IMG/VR virus record: IMGVR_UViG_2974545452_000001
Coordinates: 4,622-68,621 of that record
Strand: one strand, 5' to 3'
DNA length: 64,000 nucleotides
From: a virus
Lineage: Duplodnaviria > Caudoviricetes
Below are positions 37,640-47,331 of the stretch, in pieces (the stretch's first letter is position 1; each line of letters starts with the position of its first letter). The translations under genes and the position numbers were made by a program. Under the pieces are notes generated by a model, which saw nothing but the letters and a program-made list of their open reading frames with translations, was not told the DNA's origin and made no database searches.

Positions 37640-38220
37640 TACTCGGCCAGCCCCAGCTCGCGGCAGATGTCAGAGTAGCGAGCGTCAGTGGACTTGACGA
37701 ACACGCCGTTGAACATCACGCCTTTGCGGTCTTTGATTTCGTCATAGGCCACTTCAACGCAGTCGGCGATGTCATATTGGAAGTAGTTGGCCAGGTCGGC
37801 CAGGTGGTGGAAGGAATACGCCAGCAGTGGCCCGACCGCTTTGTTATCGCGCTTCAGAACGGCATCGGCCATCTTGCCGATAGTTGATGATGCTTGATAG
37901 AACTCATAGCCACAGATTCGCGGCAGCTGCTCATATTCCTGAATCAAGTCGGCAAGCAAATATCCTTCTTGCTCTGCAATGATGGTGAGAACGACGACGG
38001 TGTCACCAATGCCGTCGATAAGGTCGCTGTGCGCCTTCTCCAACGCTGCGTCATCACCTTCCGTCATGGAAATGTGCGCGCCTTGAGCGATTGCCAGGCC
38101 GGTTTCGCCAAACTCGCTGAACAACTTCAGAGACTGCGCGCCGGAATTGGAGCCATCGATCAGATTACGAGCCTTTGCCCAATCCAGGATGTTCGATAAA
38201 GTATTAGTTAATTTTGACAT
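37639..38220 (-). CDS. mazG: MazG-like nucleotide pyrophosphatase
   Basis: WAKARNL, KLFSEFGE, DGIGDTVVVL, AYDEIKDRKG. Confidence 0.85.
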   Translation of the reverse strand: MSKLTNTLSNILDWAKARNLIDGSNSGAQSLKLFSEFGETGLAIAQGAHISMTEGDDAALEKAHSDLIDGIGDTVVVLTIIAEQEGYLLADLIQEYEQLPRICGYEFYQASSTIGKMADAVLKRDNKAVGPLLAYSFHHLADLANYFQYDIADCVEVAYDEIKDRKGVMFNGVFVKSTDARYSDICRELGLAE

Positions 38221-38809
38221 CTTTGCCTTGTCCTTTGTTTTGGTTGTTTGCCATAGTGATTTTGGCGATTGTTGCGCTTTGGGCCGACGACTCTTTGGTT
38301 TGGCCGAACCAGAATGCAGTGGCTTGTTTCAGTTCACCAAAGAGATAACCAACCAGAATCCCTATTAAACCGAAAGAGTTGGAATCTTTCAAGACGCTTT
38401 CACTTCTTCCTGAAAGAATATACAGCATAACACAGATTGCACCAGCCAGGAGGATGAACGTGATGGTTGGGCGCACAAAGTCGTGCTGTTGTTTCGCGGC
38501 CAGTTGGCGAGCGCTGTCCCGGTCGTTGGCTTCGGCTTGGTAGACCAACAGATCATTGGCCAGCCGGTTTTGCTCGGCAGTAACGGCCAGCTGCTGCAGC
38601 TGCACCTTGGAGTTTTCCTGTAGCTCTGCAAGCTTCAGCGCGGCATCGGGGTTGGTAAGAATCGCCTTGTTTACAGCGTCCGGCGTGTTCTCCGTGCCGA
38701 GCGCCGCAGAGACTAACGAACCTACGGCAGCGCCAGCCGGGCCACCCAGGAGGCCGCCTAGGATAGGCGCGGCGGAGCCTACAGCGTTGGATACATCTTT
38801 CCAGTTCAT
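38204..38809 (-). CDS. holin-like membrane protein (3TM GTA-holin-like)
   Basis: APILGGLLGGPAG, coiled coil, DRDSAR, two C-terminal TM helices, FWFG. Confidence 0.6.
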   Translation of the reverse strand: MNWKDVSNAVGSAAPILGGLLGGPAGAAVGSLVSAALGTENTPDAVNKAILTNPDAALKLAELQENSKVQLQQLAVTAEQNRLANDLLVYQAEANDRDSARQLAAKQQHDFVRPTITFILLAGAICVMLYILSGRSESVLKDSNSFGLIGILVGYLFGELKQATAFWFGQTKESSAQSATIAKITMANNQNKGQGKDVKIN

Positions 38810-38875
38810 GTTGATTACCTCTCGTGAAAAAGGCCGCCGAATGGCAGCCTTTGATTATTTCCCTGGAGTTGGCAG

Positions 38876-39748
38876 TTAGAACTGCTCGGCGTCTTGTGGA
38901 GTGGACGATGCTTGTTCGGTGTGAGCCGCGTCTGCCTGTTTGTTGTAATCCACGTTGACCGCGCCGGCAGCAATGTCTTTGTAGAATGCCACCGCTTCGT
39001 TGAAGATTTCTTTGTCAGAAACCAGACCTTCCAGATCAAAGCGAGCGCCAGACCAGCTGCCTTTGTCGTTGGACTGACCGATGGTGGTCAGACGAACGGT
39101 GTTGGCGAAGGTCGGCGGAGTACGCAGGTTGCCAGCGGCGTCTTTGATCTTTTTCTGCTGCAGCGCAGTGTTCAGCATCTTGGATGCTTTGATTTGGCTG
39201 GAAGACAGAGAGATCAGGGCGCGGCCGTATTCGCCGGTGTCCGGGTCGATTACCAGGACGTAGTGGGCGCGGGTATCGGCGAAATAGTCGTTTTTCTTCT
39301 CGTTCACAGTTCCGTCCGGGTTAGGAACGTACATGCGACCGTCAACGACTTTGATCTTGGTTTCGTCGGCCAACATATCGTTAATCGCTTCAACCGCGTG
39401 CTCGCCTTTGAAACCGCCTTCAGCAGATTCGCGACCGCCCCACTGGATGTAGGAGCGTTTGTAGTAGCACGGAACGATCAAAACGCCGGATTTGCCGTCG
39501 TACAGCTTCTGGGTAACGGTATTGAACAGCATACCGGCCTTGGCGCCTTCGATGTACTTCGGATCATCTGGATCAACCAGCGGCGACATCTTCTGCAGGA
39601 TTTGGATGAACGGAATAGCAAACGATTCGCTATCCATCCCCTCAAAGCCCGCGCCGAACAGAGAGTTGTCCATAAACGCCGGTGCGACTTGGCCGCCAGC
39701 GACCACAGCGACTTCTTTGTTTTCGGATGCAGAATCTTTCTTAGACAT
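38876..39748 (-). CDS. putative ssDNA-binding/recombination protein
   Basis: IPFIQILQKMSP, aromatic-rich beta strands, acidic tail ending in F; replication context. Confidence 0.5.
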   Translation of the reverse strand: MSKKDSASENKEVAVVAGGQVAPAFMDNSLFGAGFEGMDSESFAIPFIQILQKMSPLVDPDDPKYIEGAKAGMLFNTVTQKLYDGKSGVLIVPCYYKRSYIQWGGRESAEGGFKGEHAVEAINDMLADETKIKVVDGRMYVPNPDGTVNEKKNDYFADTRAHYVLVIDPDTGEYGRALISLSSSQIKASKMLNTALQQKKIKDAAGNLRTPPTFANTVRLTTIGQSNDKGSWSGARFDLEGLVSDKEIFNEAVAFYKDIAAGAVNVDYNKQADAAHTEQASSTPQDAEQF

Positions 39749-39804
39749 ATGTAGCTTTCCTTTATTAAGGTTGTTTATGAACGTTGTATTGTACTGCGAA
39801 AAGG

Positions 39805-40383
39805 TTACTTAACTTTAGCCGATTTCTTGGCTTTTGGCACGGTAATTTTCGCTTCTTTAAATTCGTGGATTGCGAAACACGCTGGCAGAGAATCACCGGC
39901 CTCAACGCGCTCTTTAGCCCATGACTTCAATGTCGCTGGGTGAATTGCGTCTTCAACACCTGCGATGATGTCGATTTCCGCCAGCGCTTCAACAGCGGCC
40001 TTGGCGCTCTCATCCTCGCCTTTGCCGAATTCGACAGAGATTTTGGATTTGATCAGGCCGTCATAATCGTGCTCACGCAGCCACGCGAAAGCTTCAGGCT
40101 TGTCGGCGGCTTTGATTGCACAGTTCACCTTGCCTTCGACCGAAACCAACATGCCATCTTCGGTGCGAACTTCAGACATGCCGATTTCAGCCATCAGCTC
40201 TGGGATTTCTTCACGCAGAACTTTCTTCATGGCCTCTTCAGCCTTGGCCGATTCGGTCGCGTGATAATCAAAGTCGTCTTTCAAATCAGCGGCTTTCTGT
40301 ACCAAATTTGAAAGACGTACAAGGTTGTCTTCTGCAGGCGCTTGATCAGCCAACGCCCCAAAAAAATCGATAGTCTCTTTCAC
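39805..40383 (-). CDS. conserved replication-module coiled-coil protein
   Basis: IPELMAEIG, AFAWLREH, IHPATLKSW. Confidence 0.6.
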   Translation of the reverse strand: MKETIDFFGALADQAPAEDNLVRLSNLVQKAADLKDDFDYHATESAKAEEAMKKVLREEIPELMAEIGMSEVRTEDGMLVSVEGKVNCAIKAADKPEAFAWLREHDYDGLIKSKISVEFGKGEDESAKAAVEALAEIDIIAGVEDAIHPATLKSWAKERVEAGDSLPACFAIHEFKEAKITVPKAKKSAKVK

Positions 40384-40448
40384 TTATACGCCCTCTTGCT
40401 AAACTTGAGTTAATTATGCCGTCATATCCAAGCGACGGCAACGTTTAT

Positions 40449-41954
40449 TTAGTTCTTGCCGTCAATTACTACAGCCGCAATTGTTGACTTCATCGTGTTA
40501 CGCTTGTGGATATTCTCATCAAGCGTGTCTTCAGCGATAAGGTCAATGTACAGCACACTCTCCTTGGTGCCGATACGGTGACAGCGGTCTTCAGATTGCA
40601 TCCTTAGCTCGTTGTCGTCGCTGCAACTATAGTAAATTGCACAGGTCGCAGCTGTCAACGTCAATCCGATACCTGCCGCGCGCGCATCGCCGATGAATCC
40701 TTGAATCTTCCCGGCCTGGAATTCGTCAATTATGCGCTCGCGTTCGTCCTTGCTTGTATCACCGTTATAGATTTCACAAGTGATTCCCATTTCGTCCAGA
40801 GTAGCCTTGATCCCTTTAAGTTCCTCCTTGAACATGGCCCAGACGATGAACTGGCGATTTGGGGTAGTATCCATGATGGATTCCAGAACCTCTTTGAACG
40901 CCGACATGCGCGGGTTTTCCCGGTCGGGCATTAGTACCGGCTCGCCATAGATGTTGACGAATCCAGATGTGGCCTGCTTCATCTTGGTACGTGCGGCGAT
41001 TGCCTGGAAAGAAACGTCTTCAAGGATGTCGCTGTCTGAATTCTCGAACAGGAATGCATATTCATTCTTGAGCCGGTCATATACGAGGCGTTGAGACGGG
41101 AGCAGCTCAAAGTTCACCACCTTGTAAATCTTCTCAGGCAAGTCCAAGAATTCCTCTTTGGTGGCCCGGAAAGAGTGTGGAAGCATCAATTCGCGCAGGC
41201 GATCAAGGTTTTTGTAAATTGGATCACCGTTCTCATCGGTTGCGACGACTTGTGGGACTCCCCAAGTTCTGCCGCCGAGTTTACGCATGATGGCGATCAT
41301 CTTAGGATCACTAGCCTCAAGAAGAACAGAATACTCGGCCTTGAAAGCTCGGAATGATTTTGTGCCTAACAGCCCAGACTTGAGGAATTCGAACTGCATG
41401 AACAAATCCTCTGGACTTCTCGGCATCGGTGATCCGGACATAATACGGCGGCAAAGGGCCAGCTTTCCGATTTCAACGATCAGCTTGGCGCGCTTCCCAT
41501 CCGGGTTTTTGATTCGAGTGGACTCATCGATTGCGAACATGCAGCGGTAGCTTTCCAAGAAGAATTTCAACTCTGCTAGTCCGGCCTTTCCAGAGAGCGC
41601 TTCAAAGTTCATAGTGAAGATTCGCAGCGGCACCTCACCTTCAACATAGTGATCTGCATAAATCTTCTTCAGCTCGTCCTTTTTCTTTTTGGACTCAGGT
41701 CTGCCGCGCCATGCGTAGCCAATCCATTTGCAGCCCAGGTGCGCTGGAGCCTCACGGCGAATCCAGTTGGTGTGGACGCCATTAGGCGCAAGGACAACAA
41801 GCGCATCGATTTTGCCAGCTTCAAAATATCGCTCTGCATCGGCCAAAATAGTCCAAGTCTTTCCCAGTCCCATTTCCATCAACAACGCAAAGTTTCGTTT
41901 CCCGTTAAGCGCCTCAAGGGCCAAAATTTGCGGCGTCATCGGTTTCGTTTTCAT
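40449..41954 (-). CDS. SNF2-family helicase
   Basis: EMGLGKT, IDES, SGSP, GIGLTL, QSEDRCHRIG. Confidence 0.92.
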   Translation of the reverse strand: MKTKPMTPQILALEALNGKRNFALLMEMGLGKTWTILADAERYFEAGKIDALVVLAPNGVHTNWIRREAPAHLGCKWIGYAWRGRPESKKKKDELKKIYADHYVEGEVPLRIFTMNFEALSGKAGLAELKFFLESYRCMFAIDESTRIKNPDGKRAKLIVEIGKLALCRRIMSGSPMPRSPEDLFMQFEFLKSGLLGTKSFRAFKAEYSVLLEASDPKMIAIMRKLGGRTWGVPQVVATDENGDPIYKNLDRLRELMLPHSFRATKEEFLDLPEKIYKVVNFELLPSQRLVYDRLKNEYAFLFENSDSDILEDVSFQAIAARTKMKQATSGFVNIYGEPVLMPDRENPRMSAFKEVLESIMDTTPNRQFIVWAMFKEELKGIKATLDEMGITCEIYNGDTSKDERERIIDEFQAGKIQGFIGDARAAGIGLTLTAATCAIYYSCSDDNELRMQSEDRCHRIGTKESVLYIDLIAEDTLDENIHKRNTMKSTIAAVVIDGKN

Positions 41955-42352
41955 ATACTCTCCAAATATGAGATGACATTCTCTTTGCCAATGGCAAGTG
42001 AGGCGTCTATTATACCCTGTTTATTGCAAGCCTCCAAATCGGCTTTCGGGTCTAGTAGATACCACTCACGACTTGCTACCCTTAGCAACACAAAGCCTTT
42101 TCCCTTCCAGCTAATATGGGAGCGCAAGAAGGATAATTGGCCCTTTTCAAAATGCCCCTTTAGTGGCGCGGTCGTCTCCCGCTTAGGCCATGCCTTCAGC
42201 GCTTTAAGCTCAGTCCAAAATGTCGTGCCGCGCCTGTTGGTTGCGTTGATATCAGGGGTCGCCTCTCCAAGCATATTCTCAATGCGAGTGGCTTTGATGC
42301 GCCCCTCCAGGGCGCTTTTGAGTGAGTTCCATGCAAGCTGCTCTTCAGTCAT
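41951..42352 (-). CDS. PD-(D/E)xK nuclease/resolvase-like protein
   Basis: RIEN...TPDI...WTELK; start moved to ATG 42352 (ATGACTGA coupling). Confidence 0.7.
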   Translation of the reverse strand: MTEEQLAWNSLKSALEGRIKATRIENMLGEATPDINATNRRGTTFWTELKALKAWPKRETTAPLKGHFEKGQLSFLRSHISWKGKGFVLLRVASREWYLLDPKADLEACNKQGIIDASLAIGKENVISYLESI

Positions 42353-45224
42353 TTGCCGCTGCCTCCGATTCGGCTTCGATTTCAGCCAGCGTCTTTTCAG
42401 CTTGCGGCTTAATATCGATGCGCTTGATTCGGTCAATATTGAACATCCCTAGTCCAGGGATTTTATACCCACGAACTAAGAACCAAGCGCCCTTTGGAGA
42501 GCCTTCAAATATGCGCTTCCCAACTTGGTCATAAAGCTTAGTTGGAATCCTGAATCGCATCGGGCTATCGGTTGAATCGTCCACAAGGAACAAATCAACA
42601 AACTGATGTTGCCCTTTCCATCCAGCCGGTTTCCCTTTGGCAACGCGCTTTTTAACCCTGATTGCTTCCAGCTCTGACGCCAGCACCTTTTTAACCAGCT
42701 TACCGATAATAAGTCCATTGTGTCTGTCTGGAACGTCAGCCATGTTGATTATCGGATGCCCGGTCGTTACGCCAATCAATGTTGGGTCATTGTAGTAGTG
42801 CCCCCACTTGGTGTGCGCCTCTCTCAGGTCGGCGAATTGAACTTCTGCCTTGGCCAGCTTCTCACGCATCTTATCGGTCAGCGTTCCGTTCTCACGCGCG
42901 GCGATATACTTGTTGGCGGTTATCAATCCAAATCCTTTGGCATTCATAATGCCGCCGATTAGTTTACCGTCAGCAACAGTCCAGTTGGCTTGACTAAGCT
43001 CTGTATCAATTGGAACATAGTCGATGCCTTCCGATACCAACTCACGCAATATGGCGATTGTCTGTTCATCGTCCTTGGCGGCGCGGAGACAGGCCGCAGC
43101 GAATTGCAGCGGGTAATAGTATTTGAGCCAGATGGTGTAATAGGTGATGATTGCATAGGCCACTGAGTGAGACTTGTTGAAGCCCCACGAACCAAATGTC
43201 ACCATTTCCTGCCAAATCTTCTTGGCTTGTTCCTCTGGCACGCCTTGAGAGGTCGCCCCGGCTACAAAGTCCTCACCCATCTGGTTGAAGTATTCTTCAC
43301 CCTTACGGCCTGACATCGCCTTACGAACGGCAGAAGTTTTGACCCAGTCAAACAGACCGATTTCCTTTACCACGGACATGATCTGCTCTTGATAAAGGAA
43401 CACGCCATAAGTATCTTTGAGATATTTCTCCAGCTGCGGCACGTCATAGGTGACAGGCTCTTCACCCTTTGCACGCGCTATGTATTTTTGAGCCATACCA
43501 GACGCAAGTGGGCCGGGTCGGGCAAGTGCCGTAAGGTTGTCAATCTTGCTAAAGCGGTCAATGTGAACGGAACGGGTAACTGACCGAACGGCATCACCCT
43601 CGAACTGGAATATGCCGCTGACTTTGTCGTCATTAAGTATCGAGAATACAGCTTCATCGTCAAATTTGAGGCTGTATAACTCTTCTGCCGTGATAACTCC
43701 AGTATCACCGATAATGCCCAGCGTTCTGAGTCCAAGAGCGTCAATTTTGAGCAGGTTAAGGTATTCTGAATCAGGCTTGTCAATATGCGGGACGCCATCG
43801 GCCCCGACAGTGCAATAGTCCGTAATTGGTTCGTTACATACCAAGATGCCCGCTGCATGTACTCCGGTGTGAGAGGGATGCAGCTCAAGGTCGCCCATGC
43901 ATGCTGCAGCAGCAGGATACTTGGCGACAAATTCTTGCCCTGGCCCCGTGGTTGAAAATGTATCCTGCAGCCCCTTTCCATAACGCGCATCCCCTGATGA
44001 GTATTCGATTAGTGAGTTTTTAACAGCATCCGTTTGCCAAGCGTCGATGCTGAATTTCTTACCCACCTCAGCCATAACAGACGCGGCCTTCAGCGTGTTG
44101 ATATTACCAAGCTTAGACACGTTGTCAACGCCGTATTTTTCTTGGAGGTATTCGAACACCAGGTGGCGCTTCGTATCCTCAAAGTCAATATCGATGTCGG
44201 GCAAGTCGGCGCGACTGATGTCGATAAAACGCTGGAACAGGAGGTGGAACGGCAGCGGATCAACCTCAGTTATTCCGAGGCAATAACAAACCAACGAACC
44301 TGCTGACGAGCCGCGCGCCGGGCCGACCAGCATTTTTGTTTTGGCGAATCGAACCAAGTCGGCAACCACAAGGAAATATGAGTCAAAGTCTTTCAGCTGA
44401 ATCTGGTGAATCTCTTCAACGAATCGGTCTTCATATTCCTGAGTCCATTCCTTGATGTGCCCCATCTTGACGCGATACTCTTGCCCCTGCCGCGCCAACG
44501 CAACCATGTCGCCAGCCAGGTGGATGATTGGTGCCTTTTGTAGCGTAACACCCTTCAGGCACTCCGCGACGGCATACGTGTTGTCAATCGCCTTTTTCCA
44601 CTCATGCTTTTCGAATAAACCGCCCAACTCGGATTCCAAATCCTCCAACGTGCAGATTCGACGAATGCCTGCGCGGTCACGGATTCGATATGCATAAGCG
44701 AAGTTCTTGTGCTCGTCTCCGGGCATATCGTTGTAGGACGTTATCACGACGGGCTTACCGGTACGGCGCGCGGCGTCTATCTGGTGTGCAGCCAACAAGC
44801 GTGACGACGGGTTAACGTCGATATAGTCGTACTGCTCCGGGGCCAGGATGCCAACGGCAGCGCCAGCAAATCTAACGACGCCTTCAAGCGCGCCGAACTC
44901 TTCAGGCGTTAAGAAACCTTGCTTTGCAGCCTTGGAAGTTGCATTGAAGAATTTCTTACTGTCCTTGGCAAGAATCCACGCGACGCGATAGAAGTCACTC
45001 ATCAAATCGCCGCTCTTAATTTTAACCTCCATACCGAATATGGCGGACAGACCTGCCTTCTCCATATCCTTGGCCCAGCGGACAGCGCCCCAGGTATTGT
45101 CATCGACGATTGCCGCTGATTGACAGCCCAGCTCTTTAAGCTTGGCGACAACTTCCGGGGTGCGGCCATAAACGCGCTTAAACGTGTATCCTGTTCTTAC
45201 TCGCAGCTGCGGAAACCCTTCCAT
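42345..45224 (-). CDS. dnaE: DNA polymerase III alpha-like (family C) polymerase
   Basis: PHP-like N-terminus, GPARGSSAGSLVCY, PDIDIDF, HAAG, KIDALGL, GFNKSHSVAY. Confidence 0.95.
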   Translation of the reverse strand: MEGFPQLRVRTGYTFKRVYGRTPEVVAKLKELGCQSAAIVDDNTWGAVRWAKDMEKAGLSAIFGMEVKIKSGDLMSDFYRVAWILAKDSKKFFNATSKAAKQGFLTPEEFGALEGVVRFAGAAVGILAPEQYDYIDVNPSSRLLAAHQIDAARRTGKPVVITSYNDMPGDEHKNFAYAYRIRDRAGIRRICTLEDLESELGGLFEKHEWKKAIDNTYAVAECLKGVTLQKAPIIHLAGDMVALARQGQEYRVKMGHIKEWTQEYEDRFVEEIHQIQLKDFDSYFLVVADLVRFAKTKMLVGPARGSSAGSLVCYCLGITEVDPLPFHLLFQRFIDISRADLPDIDIDFEDTKRHLVFEYLQEKYGVDNVSKLGNINTLKAASVMAEVGKKFSIDAWQTDAVKNSLIEYSSGDARYGKGLQDTFSTTGPGQEFVAKYPAAAACMGDLELHPSHTGVHAAGILVCNEPITDYCTVGADGVPHIDKPDSEYLNLLKIDALGLRTLGIIGDTGVITAEELYSLKFDDEAVFSILNDDKVSGIFQFEGDAVRSVTRSVHIDRFSKIDNLTALARPGPLASGMAQKYIARAKGEEPVTYDVPQLEKYLKDTYGVFLYQEQIMSVVKEIGLFDWVKTSAVRKAMSGRKGEEYFNQMGEDFVAGATSQGVPEEQAKKIWQEMVTFGSWGFNKSHSVAYAIITYYTIWLKYYYPLQFAAACLRAAKDDEQTIAILRELVSEGIDYVPIDTELSQANWTVADGKLIGGIMNAKGFGLITANKYIAARENGTLTDKMREKLAKAEVQFADLREAHTKWGHYYNDPTLIGVTTGHPIINMADVPDRHNGLIIGKLVKKVLASELEAIRVKKRVAKGKPAGWKGQHQFVDLFLVDDSTDSPMRFRIPTKLYDQVGKRIFEGSPKGAWFLVRGYKIPGLGMFNIDRIKRIDIKPQAEKTLAEIEAESEAAAND

Positions 45225-45787
45225 TATCGACCTCCAAATGCTTTATAGATGCCCATGTCAATGCAGACTTCATGCAACATCATGATGTCGTCCATCGCCC
45301 GGTGTTTCTGTTGATATTCTCCGATGCGCTCACTGTACAAGTCCTGAAGCTTACGGTCATAGCCGTACAGCGGAGAAGTCTGCTCAACGGTACAGCAACG
45401 AACGATTGGATAATTGATGTCGCCCAAAGTCATTCCGAGCCGCGCCATGGCGTATTGCATGATTTGCGTATCGAACGAAAGGTTGTGTGCGACGACCACC
45501 TGCGCTTGACCGAAGAATTTTGACAGCTGCGGAACAAACGCCGAGAATGGCGGCTTGCTGTCCAGGTCAGCGTTTGTCAGGCCGGTTATCTTCGTGATTA
45601 TTTCGTCAATGGCTTGACCGGGGTTGCAAATGAATTCCAGCTGATCGATGATCTCAATACCATCGGTGATAATTCCAGCGAATTCTATTGGCTTTGCCTG
45701 AATGGATAAATCGGCCTGTGGGTGTTTATTCAGCCCTGTTGTTTCCGTATCGATTACCGAAAACAAACGCGGCATAATAACGCTCAT
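45224..45787 (-). CDS. DEDDh 3'-5' exonuclease (epsilon-like)
   Basis: IDTETTG, AHNLSFD, HRAMDD; GGAGA RBS before ATG 45787. Confidence 0.9.
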   Translation of the reverse strand: MSVIMPRLFSVIDTETTGLNKHPQADLSIQAKPIEFAGIITDGIEIIDQLEFICNPGQAIDEIITKITGLTNADLDSKPPFSAFVPQLSKFFGQAQVVVAHNLSFDTQIMQYAMARLGMTLGDINYPIVRCCTVEQTSPLYGYDRKLQDLYSERIGEYQQKHRAMDDIMMLHEVCIDMGIYKAFGGR

Positions 45788-45809
45788 ACTTGTTCTCCAC
45801 GTTATAGTA

Positions 45810-45837
45810 AAAAGGGCGACCAAATGGACGCCCTTTT
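45810..45837. terminator. bidirectional-type hairpin terminator
   Basis: AAAAGGGCG-10nt-CGCCCTTTT. Confidence 0.6.
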
Positions 45838-45860
45838 ATTATATACGATATTGGATCAGA

Positions 45861-46391
45861 TTAGATGTCTTTGCGAACGATAAATTTCAAATCGACACCG
45901 ATGATGCCGCGCGTATCAAAGATCACGTAATTGTAACGTCTGCTATCCTTGATTGCCGGGTTAGTATGGCTTTCGGTGTTTACTTCCTGCGCCACCTGGA
46001 TGTCTTCGGCGGCAAAGAAGGCGCGCCACTGCACCAGCTCTTCAGCGCTAACGTGCATGCCAAGGTGAGACACTTGGTTGTTGTGAGCGTCGTCTTGACC
46101 AACGTTCTCGCTGATCCAGTTATCGCCACGCCGGTAGTCCAGAATTTCCAGCTCCAGCGGCTTCGATGCACCTTCATCCGCGCCAGTACCGGCCTGATAG
46201 TTGAAGCGCAAATCTGCTTCATTCACTTCTTCGTGGTGCGATCCCTTGTATGGATCATCTTTGAAGACGAAGCCACGAGCCACCACGTGATCGTGGAACC
46301 ACTCGGTCAGGCCGATTTTCGCCAGGAAATCTTGAGCGCGCTGCGCGTCAGGAATGGACAGTGCAATTTGTTGGATTTGAAACTTGAGCAT
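45861..46391 (-). CDS. VOC/glyoxalase superfamily (epimerase-like) protein
   Basis: IQQIAL, LELEIL, SHLGMHV, YVIFDTRGIIGVDLKFI follow the paired beta-alpha-beta-beta-beta pattern. Confidence 0.75.
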   Translation of the reverse strand: MLKFQIQQIALSIPDAQRAQDFLAKIGLTEWFHDHVVARGFVFKDDPYKGSHHEEVNEADLRFNYQAGTGADEGASKPLELEILDYRRGDNWISENVGQDDAHNNQVSHLGMHVSAEELVQWRAFFAAEDIQVAQEVNTESHTNPAIKDSRRYNYVIFDTRGIIGVDLKFIVRKDI

Positions 46392-46585
46392 TATTTACCC
46401 TTAGCAGTTGCTTTTTGGATCATTGTACGTTCCACACCTTCGATGACAACTTCTTGAATGTCACCTTGGGTGGAGTTATTAACAACGTGGCAATTGAACA
46501 TGGTCATATCAACCATGTTGCCGTGATCGTCTTCAATTTGGACTTGAAGAACTTCGCCGACCTTACGATATACCAGTCTTGCCAT
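46391..46585 (-). CDS. hypothetical protein (64 aa)
   Basis: ATG 46585 directly after the SDR stop; TAATG-coupled to the VOC gene. Confidence 0.6.
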   Translation of the reverse strand: MARLVYRKVGEVLQVQIEDDHGNMVDMTMFNCHVVNNSTQGDIQEVVIEGVERTMIQKATAKGK

Positions 46586-46586
46586 A

Positions 46587-47261
46587 TTATTTACCGAATG
46601 GGATGTCAGTACCAGACATGAACTTCCAGTTGCCGGTATCCAACAGGTGGACGATGTAATCCGCGATGGCTTGCGGCTCGGTTTCCAGGCCGTGCATGAG
46701 CGCCTTTTTCTGGTACTCCGCTGCAAATTCAGGCGTCCAGCCGCGCGTCTTACAGACGTTATCTTCAATCTGCTTCGACATACCGGTGCCACGCAGCTTG
46801 TTCGGGCTGATGGAGAACACGGTGATGCCATAACGCGGCGTCAGTTCGTGAGCCATTTGCTTGGTGATCATGAGCGCAGCAGCTTTGGAGGCGTTGTAAG
46901 CCAGGCTGGACGTCATAGGGATATGCGCGGCGTTGGACACGATGTTCAAAACGAAGCCTTTCGACGCGATCAGGTTTGGTAGATATGCCTGAGTCATATA
47001 CACCATGCTGAATGCGTTTACATCCATAACATGTCGCAGATCAAGCCGGTTTATTTTTTCAAACCACTCGTTGTTGTTGATGCCAGCACAGTTGATGATG
47101 CCGTCGATGCGCTGATTAAAGCCTAGCAGCGTTGCATTCGGATTGGTCACATCCTGTCCTGATTGCAGATCAAAACCGATGACGTCATAGCCCTTTTCGC
47201 ACAGCGTATCGGCGATTGCCTTACCAAGGCCAGATGCAGAACCAGTAACAATAACACGCAT
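46587..47261 (-). CDS. classical short-chain dehydrogenase/reductase
   Basis: TGSASGLG, NCAG, catalytic Ser (NIVS) and YNASK. Confidence 0.92.
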   Translation of the reverse strand: MRVIVTGSASGLGKAIADTLCEKGYDVIGFDLQSGQDVTNPNATLLGFNQRIDGIINCAGINNNEWFEKINRLDLRHVMDVNAFSMVYMTQAYLPNLIASKGFVLNIVSNAAHIPMTSSLAYNASKAAALMITKQMAHELTPRYGITVFSISPNKLRGTGMSKQIEDNVCKTRGWTPEFAAEYQKKALMHGLETEPQAIADYIVHLLDTGNWKFMSGTDIPFGK

Positions 47262-47331
47262 TTCACTTTCCTTTTCTGTACTTCGTTGAAATTAGATATA
47301 TTATCGGCCATCCTTGGCCTGCAGTCAACCG

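Noticed and set aside
42345-45224. Possible intein or intron in the polymerase, terminase or helicases
   Set aside because: Frames are continuous, motif spacing and lengths are normal, and no splice-junction or LAGLIDADG/HNH motifs were seen
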